A DNA stretch of 64,000 nucleotides from the human T2T-CHM13v2.0 reference genome, Homo sapiens. The stretch is from assembly GCF_009914755.1 (NCBI RefSeq), contig NC_060930.1; one strand, 5' to 3'. This document shows positions 1 to 12,922 of this stretch, one piece after another. A model generated the notes under the pieces. The model ran no database searches. It was given only the letters and a program-made list of their open reading frames with translations, and was not told where the DNA came from. Within the stretch, counting starts at the first letter, position 1, and the number at the start of each line of letters is the position of its first letter. The translations under genes were made by a program, and so were the position numbers.

Positions 1-1968
1 ATATATATTTATCACCCAGAATCTTAATTTGAACTACGTTTTTGTTTGGATTGAATATAATAGAAGTCCCACTCCATTCAGTGTAACCAAAATGTGAACA
101 CACCATGCCAGCATCCTGAGCCTCACAGAACACAGGGAATGCCTATGCCTCGCTTGCTGATCTCCACTGACTCACAATCTAGTTGTGGCCTGAGACAAAC
201 ACACCGCTGATCATCTTACTGAGAACCGTGGTCACAGCCACACAGCCACATGCACTTGGAGGCACCAGGTGGGGAGTCTCCCAGACAGGCAAAGCCATGG
301 AAATCTCACCTGGAGCAAATCAAATTTCTGAGCTTTGCTCTCGACAATTTCTGGTGATTTGCTGTCTCTCCCTTGGCCAGTTCCCTCTATGCTTCCTCAG
401 CCCTTTATTTTCTCTGTTGACTGGGAAGAGTGTTTGCCATAAATATAGAAAGATCTCCGAGTCCTTTATATTTACAACGTGACTGTGCTGCAAAAAATAG
501 TGCGGTTTCCTTGTCCTTGTTCACATGAAACCCGGTGTGTGACACCCGGTAGTGGGATTTGCTCCTGACGGCACAGGCAGGCCGAGCTGGAATTCCAACT
601 TGTGTCTGCCATGCTCCCCAGCTTCTGCTGGGCCGTGTGAATTCTGCATTTCACCATGCTCAAAATAGAGCATGTTTTGCCATAGCTGCTACCAATCCTA
701 TACTTTAGTTCTGTACTTTAGAAATAGCAGGGAAATGAATAACACCCAGCCTTTTCCAGAGAAGTAAGGTAGGACATGAATTTTAACTATCTCATTTTTA
801 GCTCTGTTTACGACATGAATTCTGTTTCGGACTAGTTGCCTCCAATTGGATACCTAAACATTTTAAAGCCATTTGGGAGGTATGGGAACAAACAAGAAAT
901 AAGATAAAGGTGTTTTTTTTTTTTAATTTTCCCTTGGGGGTCAGTCTAAAATTTTATTCGGATAATAAAAATTCCTGAGAGATGCTGAAAAAGTAAAAAG
1001 CTGATTTCACTGAGAAGTGCGCGTCACAGGTTATGTAAGCGATTCCACAATCAGGGCTACTCCAGATTTCCAGTGTGCACTACAGGCTTCCAGTTAGTAG
1101 CATGCAATCCATCAAAATTAAGACAAGAGGACGGAATATTAGTCAGTGAACCACCACATATAAATTACCCCATTTGTGTGCACAGACAGGGCACACACTG
1201 GGCATGGTTTATGCTTGACGTCTTTGCCCTTTACTTACTAGGAAAAATTGGAAAGTTTATTTAAACTCATAGAATCACAGATGATAGATTTGGAAAAGAC
1301 AGTAGAAGTCAACTAGTCTAACCCCTAGGGGCTCAGATTTTTTACCTATAACATGAGGTCATCAAATGCTTCCTGCTCTCTTTAGGGCCCTTTTGAGACT
1401 AAGAGGATCACAGATGTGAACGCGTGTTGAGAAAATTAGGAGAGCTATGCAAGTGCAAAATTAAATTATCGCTTCTATTTTCATCATTATGATAGGCCTT
1501 CATACAGGTGGATAGCTGGATTCTCTGGAAAAGGCTAGCTGAATCAGGCTCGCCCCCATGGCTTCAGAACCTCCAAATTATTAGAGCTCCCTTTTGATAT
1601 CCTCGTGGGCTTCGTCCCGTCACTTAGACTTTGAATATGCCAAGTGTAATTTTGAAGTTTCTTTTATCAGGCCTACCAGGCCCTTATAATTCTTCTAAGA
1701 TAGGCTTACAAGAATAACTAATGGAAGTTTACCCAAAGTTTCTCATTTTCCCAGAAATGACTATAATCCAATGAGGTTTACTTATATGATCAGTAATAAG
1801 GTAGAAGGAAATACAGCCTGAACATCGCAGGAAGCAGTCAAGAGGTGAAACGTTTGGGAGTCGAGAGACTCCTGACCATTTATGGCAGCAGCATCGGCTT
1901 CCAGTGCATCTTCCTCACTACAGCAGAGGCAGGTTCCCTGGTCAGGGATGAGGACAGAGTCATAGTGG

Positions 1969-2598
1969 TGATATGGGAGGGGGGCTCACAAGTGCTGGGT
2001 AGAGAAAGGCAGGGTCCCTGGCAAAGGCTCCACCCTCCGGCCTGTGCCCACAGACCTAGGTGAGAACAGGCATTTCTGTTTTCAGAACGATGTGGACGCC
2101 GAGGGAAATTTGGCTGAGGGTGGTCAGAGGAGAGTCCGGCTGCTGAGCAGCCTGACTCCAGGGGAAGACCACCTTCCCACTCCAGCCCTCTTCTGGCTCC
2201 CATTCATCTGCTGAGAGCCACTTCCACCACTCAATAAAACCTCGCACTCATTCTCCAAGCCCATGTGTGATCCGATTTTTCTGGTACACTAAGGCAGAAA
2301 CCCGGAATACAGAAAGCCCTCTGTCCCTGCAATAAGGCAGAGGGTCTAATTGAGCTATCACAAGCCACTGCAGATGGCAAAACAAAAAGAGCGCCCTGTA
2401 ACACACACCCACTGGGGCTTTGGAAGCTGTACACACTCAACCCTAGAGGGTGCCATGGGGCCAGAGCCCAAACACGCCCCCCACAAGCTGCCCGTCTGCA
2501 TGCTCCCCCTAGGGGTATGAGCAGTGGGGCACCCTAGAAGCAAGCCACAACCCCATCACACACCCTGCAAGGGGGATAAGGGAACTTTTCCCGTTTCA
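1969..2598 (+). mobile_element. Solo ERV1 LTR, LTR1/LTR27-like
   Basis: TG...CA termini (TGATATGGGAGG ... GGAACTTTTCCCGTTTCA). 4-bp TSD GTGG at 1965-1968 and 2599-2602. Internal AATAAA near 2233. Subfamily from memory. Confidence 0.8.
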
Positions 2599-3574
2599 GT
2601 GGATCATGCTTTAGCCATCGGTTCCTGCCAGTCAGCACTTCTCAGAATAGGGGAGTCCCGTGGAGTCAGAGGTGAGGAACTGGATGTACTGAACCTGACT
2701 GTCTCCTGATGCTCATTCTTCATAAAGTTGTTTTGCCTTATGTACTTACGAAAAAAATCAACCATTTCTACTTATTCCTCCCTAGCAATCTTGACCTGGA
2801 AGTCACGTTTGCCTCCCTTTCCATTATCCCCCATGCTCCTGTTTCTACCTGTAAAGACTCATTCTTTCTGCCCCTAGCAAGCACAAGACGTATCCAACTT
2901 GTCCTCCCAGCTCCATGCCATCCTCAGCAAACTTTCAATGTGGCAGTTTCTTTATGTATCAGGTGAAGGAGCCTGCTGTGAGCTCTGGGGCTTTGAAGGA
3001 GTCTGTCCACTTGGCGCAGTGCAGGACAGGAACGGAGTTCAATTGGCACTACCCATGTTCTCCAGAGGCCTATGCTCATTACTAAGAGAATATGGTCTTA
3101 GAAATAAAAGCTCTACTTCCACTTGATTTAATATAGACAAGAACATAATATGTTGTATTCCTGTGCACAGGCAACGCAGGGAAAGGCAGAGAGTCGAGGA
3201 GCTGTGTAGTTGTGTTGGAGAGAATTAAGGGGTTTCCGGGAGCAAGAGCTGATCCCACCAGAACGTTGTTTTGTGCAACAACGTCCCAGCTCTTGGAGGA
3301 AACAAGGGAGGATCCAGCAGTTATCTATTCTCTAAAGCAAGCAAATAAATGAATTAGAAACATTTTACAGAAATTGGGAAGTATTAATGATGGGAAAAAA
3401 TATACCCAGGAAACATTAAAAAATATTTTCCTGAGGAAAAGAATTATCCTCAACATTTATATAAATAGCTTTAAAATTTTACGTTAATAAGCATAGCTGG
3501 TTTTACAAGCAAGCAAAATAAATGACTGCCCGGATGACAGAATTCAAGCTGTGTCAGCAAAACCCAATGAGAAG

Positions 3575-4375
3575 AGCACGGGTGCCCAGCACCGGGGGAG
3601 AGGAGAGCCACGATGCCCGAGGAGAGCCACGATGCCCGCTCCCCCCGGTGGTCCACACCTCCTGACAGGCACCGCCTTCCGACGGGCCTGGGCCCGCATC
3701 CTTGTCTGTTCCTTTGTTGAGCAGGGAGAGTGTCCCATGGTTAGACCCCACCCAGCACTGAGAACCAGCTTCCTGGGGCCAAGCCGGCCCTCCCCGGCCA
3801 TCTGCGGGCACCGGGAAGACAGGCCATCCTCTGCGGTTCTCCCTCGCGGGATCGAACCCGCAGTTCAGCGTCTTAACCAGCCCAGTTGCCGACCACAGGA
3901 AAACAAGCACAGATCTCCCTTTGGGAAAGGTCTCCACTTCACTCGTGACCAAACTAAAGATGACAGAGAAGCTCAAATGTGTCCCAAACCAGCAAACAGA
4001 AAACAGCATAAAGGAAGATGGATGGGCCGAGCCAGGCCACCACAGAAACGCCCCCGTGTCCACCCTCCTCGCGTGGGGGGTTCCCCTGGGACCGAGCACG
4101 TGGGGATTCTCCTGCCCTGCACCCAGGCTGCTTCCTCCGCCCAGAATCTGCGCGTGGGCTGGTTCCCCACTGTGCGTTTACTCAGCTGTGATGACCACAC
4201 AGGAGACCCTGCCATGGGCCCGCTGAGGGCTGGCTTCAGACAGCAGCAGCGACCACACGTGCTTAGTGACTCAGGACGGAGGCGACTCCTTGAGAAGCCA
4301 CACCGTTTTCCTCCTTAGAATCACGCGTATAAAGACGGGCGCCAGATTTCCCTTCGCTTAGGGTCACGCTTCTGG
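3575..4375. promoter_or_regulatory. CpG-island-like segment (candidate promoter/enhancer)
   Basis: About 45 CpGs in about 800 bp by hand count, GC-rich, not a repeat I recognise. AP-1 site TGACTCA at 4267-4273; TATAAAG at 4328-4334. Confidence 0.55.
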
Positions 4376-6021
4376 CTCACAAGCTTATGTGAGAGTCCAG
4401 TGTGCAGATTTTGTGAGACAAATCCAGCCACCATCCCCTGCACGGTGTGGAAGCTGCTGGCTGAGGGAGAGAGAGGAGGCTTTCCAGGAGCCTGGGGCTT
4501 TTCCAAAGACAAGGCTAGATGCCTGTTCCTCCTCCTTCCTCTCTCCAAACAGTGTTCTGAGGCCAGGAGGGAATCACTAAAAGAAAATCTACCCCCAAAT
4601 GACATAGAGCCCAGGAGAGGCCTCAGGGAGTGCACTAGCCCACCAGTTCCTTCCCTAAGGCTGAAGCCACCAGTGCTCTCCAGAATTCAAGATGCCTATG
4701 GAAATTTGCAGGGAGTAGATAGGAGGAAGACAGCCAGGAGATCAAAAGTAATTTAAAAATGAATAAGTCATTGGCTTTCTTGTCCAATCACTTGATTCAT
4801 TGCAAGAAAAAAATCCTGGTATATTTGTTTACTTAAAGAAACATAACTTAAATAATCATGTTTCCAAAGAACAATGAAGACATTTTACTTTGTCTCGCTG
4901 CTTTTCATCTTATGCTGCTGAAATAGATACAAATCTAAGGCTGCTTTGTAAGTTTGCAAAAGTGAGCATCAGGAGGAAAGGAAAAAAAGAAAGGAGTTTA
5001 AATAGTTGGTTGTGTTGTGTTTTGTTTTTTTATTTGTTTGTTTTTGTGTTAAGAAAGACAAGTGGGTCTTGGTCTTTAGTAGAAAACTAGGAAAAAATCC
5101 AACAGTCCGAGCAATAGCCACCCACCCCCAACATACACACCCTTTTCAGACAATGTTAGAGTGATGACATTGGGCAGCAGGCAGGAATTCTACCTGAGCA
5201 CAATATTTTCTGATGTCCTCCTCCCAGAAGTGAAATGTGTCTCTGACAGCCCTGCCAGAGCAGGTAGGGCCCCTAGTCATGCTGCCCTTGGGTAAACATC
5301 GGGACTCTAACTCATACAGCTGCTTTTCTGTGCACCTTCAGAGCAGCTTCTGATGCAAAACCAGAAACATGCAAATCATCATCATGCTGGAGTGAGGGCA
5401 CACATTTCAATGGATTCATAACACTCAATTCTCCTCTCCCTTCAGTAGGGACATGCTGGTGCATGGCACTGATCCAATTCAAAGACTGGCTTTCCTGCTT
5501 CCATTTGGAGCTTGCCAGAAATAATACACATTTTGAAAAATGTGATGGTTTGAAGAAAAAGAATCTGTTTGCAATTCCAACTTCCCAATTATCACCATGC
5601 AAAAAACTACCACGCAAGATGGCAATATGAGAATGACTGCAAAATCATCAGAAGAATTGGGAGAGTGAAAAAGAAGGATGTCAGAATAATGACATGTTTT
5701 AGGCAAAAATGCATTTTTAAGCCATTCAAAATGTAGATAAGGTACACAAAAGTGTAGAATATTCTGATATAAGACACCAGGAAAGGTGGCCTCAGCTTCA
5801 GGGAGATTATGACCATACCCAAAGACACAGGCACCTGCAAATACAATTTAAACCACTTTTGGGGCCAAAAACAAGACTTGTCTTTGGGGCTTGAGATGAC
5901 CTCTGACTTCTCAGTTTTTGAGACTTTGCTTTACTGCCTAATTTATATTATGTAAGAGTTATATATACACATAATTGAAAAGAGGAAAAGTTGTCACTTA
6001 GAATGAAATTAAGAAGAAATA

Positions 6022-6279
6022 GGAGGCCATGGTGGGAGGATTGCTTGAGCCCAGGAGCTCAAGACTAGCCTGGACAACATGGTGAGACCCTATCTCTACA
6101 AAATGCAACAAAAAACATTAGTGTGGAGTGGTGACATATTCCTGTGGTCCCAGCTACTTGGGAGGCTGAGGCAGGAGGATCTCTTGAGCTCAGGATGTTG
6201 AGGCTGTAATGAGCCATGATCATGCTACTGCACTCCAGCCTGGGTGACAGAGGGAGACTCCATCTCAAAAAAAAAAAAA
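6022..6279 (+). mobile_element. AluJ, 5'-truncated
   Basis: GGAGGATTGCTTGAGCCCAGGAG J-type motif, dimeric Alu body, poly(A) tail. Confidence 0.9.
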
Positions 6280-7017
6280 GATTTCCAGGAAAATTTGATT
6301 GTTTTCAGTGAAACCGAATATCAACCTTTTTCAAATGGAAAAATCCCCAAAATATGGTAGAGATTTAATTTTTTCTGCCCAATCCTATCCTCTAACTTAA
6401 ATATATAAACAGATTAAACATTTTTTGAATAAAAATATTTGGATAAATTACTTGAAGCAATCTTCTTAGACATGGAGAGTTGGAAATCTATTTTTAAAAG
6501 GATTATATTGGGAGATACTAAGGACAGCAGTGAAATAATAAATAAGCACTACCTGCTCCTACCACAGGGGGGCAGCAACCCAAAATTCACCCAATTTGGG
6601 CACTTGGATGGGTGACCCCGGGCCCCAACCACAGGGATCCACAGTTCTGGTGGATTATTGCATTAATAGGAAACATTGTATTCCTAAATCTTCTTTATAG
6701 ATATTATAAAGCCATATGCTTGGGGAGGCCCACAATACTAATTAATTTGCAGGTCAGCCTTTTAAACAATTACAAAAGAGCAAGCTTTGAAAGTCCTTGT
6801 ATCTATTTGCTATCAAATATTTCCTACAGTGGCTGTGGATTACTAGGCAGAAAAAAAAATCCAACCCAGATTATTTTAAAGGGAAGAACCAGACTAGCTT
6901 CAGACTTTCAGATAACATTGCAAGCTGGAAGAGAATGGAGCAATTTCTGTTGTTTTTGATTGAAAAATTATCTATGCAGCCAGCCAAGCTATCTTTTGAC
7001 TGCAACGGAAAGACTTC

Positions 7018-7208
7018 CATATATTTATATACATATATATCACCAAGAAATACGTCACCTGTATATCAATCTTGAAAAAGATATACAAGAGATATCTTGG
7101 AGATATATACGTATATGAATACATATGTGTATCTATCTTGTATATCTATCTTGAAAAAGATATACAAGTGACATATTTCTTGGAGATATATATGTATATG
7201 AATATATG
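7018..7208. repeat. AT-rich inverted repeat with about 50-bp arms and an internal direct repeat
   Basis: 7018-7067 is the reverse complement of 7159-7208 with about 4 mismatches. Confidence 0.85.
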
Positions 7209-7533
7209 AAAAGATGATCCCCCTTCAAAAAAAAAAAGCCACTGAAAACAGAGGACTGGGTATAGAAACATGGTAGGGAGTTCTGAGACTAAGTGACGAC
7301 AGAGCTAAGTGAAAATATTTCCTTCACAGTATTTCCTCTGTCGTTTCTACTGAGAGTTCAACTTATTCTACCAGGCTGAATGTAAAAGCCATGTGTTCTC
7401 TGAAATCATTCCTTATCCTCGGTTCCCGTGTCAAATAAATCACGTCCCCCATCCCAGAGCATTTTCTCTATTATCCTGAATCATAGCATGCATACACAAA
7501 TGCAAGCATATGTCCAATTTTAAAAGATGACAA

Positions 7534-8140
<607 letters not shown>

Positions 8141-8299
8141 TCAATTGTACAGAACCCACGCCCCATGCCGCGCCGCGGAACCCTGCCGCATCCCAGAGCT
8201 GCCGGAGCTCCCTGTCCCTGCGGCCTCGTGGCCCCCGGAGGGAAGCACCGTCTTGTGGCTCCTGGAGACTCGATAGAGAACATGATGGGCAAAAATGAG

Positions 8300-8620
8300 A
8301 GACAAGGAATCAGGAAACTCATGAGTCAAAACACACTGAGCCCTGTACGGGGGGAAAAGTGCCCTGTATGGGGAAAGTGCTATGGAAAAATGCGTGTAGG
8401 GGAGGGAAGTCGGAGCTCCAGGGGCAGGTTCAGGGCGGCCTGGGTGGAGAAGACGACAACTGAACCTGAAGGAAACGAGGAGGAGGTCCTGTGAAAGTCT
8501 GCAGAGAGAGTTCCAGGCAGAAGAGCCCAGGAGAAAGGCCCGAGCTGCCGGCACGTTGGAGGAACGAGAGGTGCATCTGCGGCTGGAGCAGAATAGAAAG
8601 AGAAGAGTGAGGAAGGGGCA
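8300..8620 (-). mobile_element. L2 fragment
   Basis: Degenerate L2-like motifs (AAGTGCTATGG...TTCCAGGCAGAAGAG...GGCTGGAGCAG). Boundaries approximate. Confidence 0.5.
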
Positions 8621-11600
8621 GCTTTCCAAGCTTGATTGATCCAGAAAATACTGCGGAGCCGTTACACATTCAACTTCTGAGTGGCCACGGGCTAGATTGT
8701 TGACACTTTCTGTACTTCTGGGTTCTTATTTGCAGGAGGGAGACATTCCATAGGGTTGCCATGAGGCCTATGAGTTGAGGTATTAAAACACTTGGACTGA
8801 TGCCTAGGACTTAGTGAGTGCTCCAGAAGAGTTAGTGACTGTCCTCATATTAAGTTAGGTCAGCAGAAATTTCAAGATTTTATATTACATTTTCAATTGC
8901 CAACAAGAATCCAGGTAAGAAGCAGGCAATAAAATGGCCTCTACATTTTTGGTAAAACTGCTAATAAGGATATGCCCATGTTGTTCAGTTCCCTTTTTGT
9001 GAAACTCACAAAATTAACTTTTCTAAATTTACTTTTGGCAGAGAATATTAGCGTTCTTTTATAAGAAAATTACGAGTGTACCCAGCCCTGTCACTGGATG
9101 CACCACTGGATAAGCGCCCCTTCACTCAGAATGAATTAACGTGTACTGTTTTCTCTTTTGCCATGACCATCAGGAAGCTGAAGAGAGAATCCTTTGCTCA
9201 GCTGAAGTGAATGCATTTAAAGCTGGCTTTCTTACGAGAACTACCTGCCTCTCCCTTTTATTGTTTCATGCTTTGTTTCAATGCTTTTCCACACAGGATT
9301 TTTATGATTTAAGGTAACTCAAAATGATAACCTGGCCGTCTTTCACCTATTTTACCACCTCTCTTTCGGGATTCTGATGGTGTAGGGAGAAGTCAGGGCT
9401 GGAAGCTGACCTGCCCTAGAGGTGGGGCAGACCCTGGGGGCAGGTGGCCGAGCCACACAGATGTGCTGACTTCTAGAATCATCAGTGAGCACCGCGTGGT
9501 CACAGATCTTTTCCTTCACCCAAGCCGTCCAAGAGTTGTGGCGGCACACAGTCGCAGGTGGGCGACTCCACTGGAGAGACACAGGCTAGACTGGAGCTTT
9601 ACCAGTCACCACACAAAATCCAGCTCATCACATCCACCCTATTGAGTGAGCAGGCCAGTCCATCTCTAACCATGTCATTAACATGAGTGGGCTCATTGCT
9701 GAAGTTACACTCCTCACACTTTGCAAATTTCCAGATGAGGCAACTTGGATGGAACTGGGAAAGCAGAAAATGTTATTCCCTATCTGGTCCCAGCGTCACA
9801 TCCAAAATCTCCCAACAGTAGCTCCGGAGTCTCCACCTGGCATATGAGCGCTGTCCCAGTTCTGACTCCAGCTCTTCCCCGTTAGGATCTCCCCAGGGCT
9901 TCTCAGCCCCATCCTGGTGAGTGGCATCTGTCCGCTGGCCACCAAGCACAGCTGGCCTCCGCAGAGCCAGGGCTCTCCTTCGCGTGCTGGTTTCTTTCCC
10001 AGCACCTGGACTGTGGCCTGGCTCTCAGGTCCCTGGTTCCTAGTGACAGTTCTCTGGGATGCCAGTTGCCTGTCTGGATGAATAACTACCACCTGCCCCG
10101 AATTCCAAAGGTTCTCATTGCCAGCGGAGCCTGCATTCTTCCAGAAACGGCGTGTGTTTACATACCCAATGCATTTCCAGTCGGCACTGTGAATCCCAAC
10201 AGCTTTCTGGCTCAGTGATCCTAGTAACCCTGTCCTCAGCCTGTGGAGAACCTCCCTAGCCATGTTCCACCCAGACCTGAGATACAACAAATAATCCAAC
10301 ATGGACCTATTGTATTAAAGGTATTCCCTGAAGAATATCTGCAGCAGGATTTACTTTTCTTATATATCATTTTAGATTAGAAACAGCCTACTTGTGCTGG
10401 GGCAAGGGGGAAGCCCCTTCCTATTTCCTGCTGCCCTTGTGTAAACCAGTAATTTGTGGTGTGATCCGATACTGTTTTCAGTGCTGCCACGCTTGAGCTG
10501 CCCGGTCTTCATTTTCCATGAAACAGACTTTTCTACTAACAAAGTAGCTACCACAGTATGCAAAGGTGTTGTAAGGATAAATGGCAATGTCTATAAAGTG
10601 CTTGGAGTTCTCTGAATAAAAAGCACAGTAGAAGAATAGAGCATTAGCACGTTATTATTCTCATAAAGGGTGGGTGGAATTGCAAAGAGAAATCATGTCA
10701 AAGATGTAAGGGAACTTAAAAGTCTGAGACTTTAAAAGGCTGGGATTATTAAAACACCCAGTTGTTTGACAGGAGAAAATTAAACTGTTCTCTTGTCTCA
10801 AAGACATAATGCCACTTTCTCATTACTTAATGCACCCCACAATCTCTTCTTCCTGCACCAAGCTTCCACTGAAGTCAGGAAAGCTCTATCTATAAAGTTA
10901 TTGTATAGGGACACTGTAAAGTGACAATCTGGTCTAGGAAGAAAAAAAAAACTGGGCCTTTTGGTCAATATCAGCACCTCTAGTTATGGTTACACCTAGG
11001 ATCCAAAATGTGACATCCCTACACTCAGACAATTTAAAATTTTTGCTTATAGAAATGGCATTTGCTTCATGTGTGTGCACGATGGGGACAGGGAGCTGAG
11101 CAGCTGCCTGGAACCAGGACTCCAGAAGGGCTCCATTCCCCAGGAAAAATGAACGTAGAAGGACCCATCTGCTGGAAGAGAGAGACTGCAAAGGACCATC
11201 TCTCCTCCTGGTGTCTTGGTTAAAGAAAAAGTGTTGATAAAAACACAATCCTCACACCTAACATGGATCTGAATCCCAAACTCATACAGTATCTTCATAG
11301 TGTGAGAACCCACACTGGGTGGGCTTCGGGGAGGTGACACGCCTGGGCCACCTCCAGGAACAGAGAAGAACATTGCCACCACCCGAGCCACACACATGCT
11401 TCTCACAGAAAAAGACGTCAGAGTAAAAATGATGAGCCAGAAGGGGAAGATACACAGGAGAGAACCTACAACAAAATGAAGGTTAGCACTCCCAGAATTT
11501 CAGAAGCTAGAACAAGCAAAACATCTATAGGTATTTTTGAAATTCTTAGAAAAGGATCCAAAACCATAATTTAAAAAAACTTTTGAAGAAAAGAACAGGC

Positions 11601-11977
11601 AGATGTGAAAAAGAACCAAATAACAGTTTCTAGAAATAAAAATACAGTTACTAAAAATGAAGAATGAAATAAACAACATATTGGATAAAATTAATGAGAG
11701 AGAGTTAGTGAATGGGAAGGTGGGACTGAGGCGTCCCCAGAGTGTGGCCTTAGGGTAAGGAGCTAGAAAATACCAAAGTTAAGAGACATGGGTACAGAAG
11801 GAGAACTTCCATCATATTCTTAATGGGAATACCAGAAGGAGAAAATAAGGAGAATGACAGAGATGATGTTTTCACAGAGCCAGTAACAGATAATTTTAAA
11901 TATTGTTGAAAGATAAGAACGCTTAAATTGGTAAAACATAAAAGGTGTAAACAGTATTAATGTGTTCATTCGGATTC

Positions 11978-12017
11978 TGTATTAGGATTATCCACAGAAA
12001 CAGAACCAATAAGAAAG

Positions 12018-12056
<39 letters not shown>

Positions 12057-12922
12057 TAGGTAGGTAGGTAGGTAGATAGGTAGGTAGTTAGGTAGGTAGA
12101 TAGATAATAGGGAGGTAGACAGATAGGTAGGTAGGTAGGTAGGTTTGTAGGTAGGTAGATAGGTAGGCAGGTTGGTAGGTAGGTAGGTAGGTTGGTAGAT
12201 AAATAGGTAGGTAGGTAGGTGGATCAATAGGGAGATGATAGATCAGTTGCTAGGTAGGTAGACAGGTAGTTAGGTTGGTAGATGAGTAGATAGACAGGTG
12301 GGTGGGTAGGTAGGTAGGAAGATAGGTAGATAGTAGGTCAGTTGGTAGGTAAGTAGGTAGGTTGGTAGATAGATAGGTAGGTTGGTAGGTAGGTAGGTTA
12401 GTAGATAGATGGGTAGGTAGATAGGTGGGTGGGTAGGTAGGTAGGAAGATAGGTCAGTTGGTAGGTACATAGGTAGATAGGTAGGTAGGTTGGTAGATAT
12501 ATAGGTAGGTAGATAGGTAGGTGGGTAGGTAAGTAGGAAGATAGGTAGATGAAGGTATTTATTATGAGGAATTGGCTCATCTGATTATGGAGGGTGGCAA
12601 GTTCAAGATCTATAGAAATGATGTCCCTGTTTGAGTCTGAGGGCTGGGAGCTGCTGTAGAACCAGGAAAAGCCAATGTCCAAGTTCAAAGGCCATCAGGT
12701 GGGGGAACTCTCTCTCACCTGGGGGATGGTCAGTTTTTTGTTCTGTTCAGGCCTTCATCTGATTGGATGAGGCCCACGCACATGGAGGGCAATCTGCCGT
12801 ACTCATTCTGTTTAAATGTCTTCCAAAATCACCCTCACAGAAACATGCAGACTTATGTGGAACCAAATATCTGGGCATCTGCCCTGGCCCAGTCAATTTG
12901 ACACATAAAATTAACTGTCACA
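11978..12922 (-). mobile_element. Solo MLT2 (ERVL) LTR
   Basis: Ends match the MLT2 reverse complement (TGTATTAGG ... TTGACACATAAAATTAACTGTCACA). 5-bp TSD GATTC at 11973-11977 and 12923-12927. Confidence 0.88.
12018..12550. repeat. (TAGA)n then degenerate (TAGG)n compound microsatellite
   Basis: Pure (TAGA)9TAG at 12018-12056, then about 490 bp of TAGG/TAGA/TTGG variants. Confidence 0.97.

Noticed and set aside
3551-4318. 255-aa + ORF and overlapping 181-aa - ORF
   Set aside because: The + ORF starts at GTG and is Pro/Arg/Gly-biased with no recognisable domain. Long overlapping frames are expected from stop scarcity in GC-rich DNA.
6562-6577. CTCF-like CCACAGGGGGGCAGC
   Set aside because: Mismatch at the core AG position; motif-only evidence is too weak.
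8720-9320. Scattered plus-strand splice-like sites (e.g. CAG|gtaaga near 8914, AAG|gtaact near 9313)
   Set aside because: No coherent exon chain or ORF; such sites are common by chance.
11988-12688. YLPT-repeat ORFs, or a CRISPR-like reading of the repeats
   Set aside because: Tetranucleotide microsatellite with no unique spacers, in a eukaryotic context.
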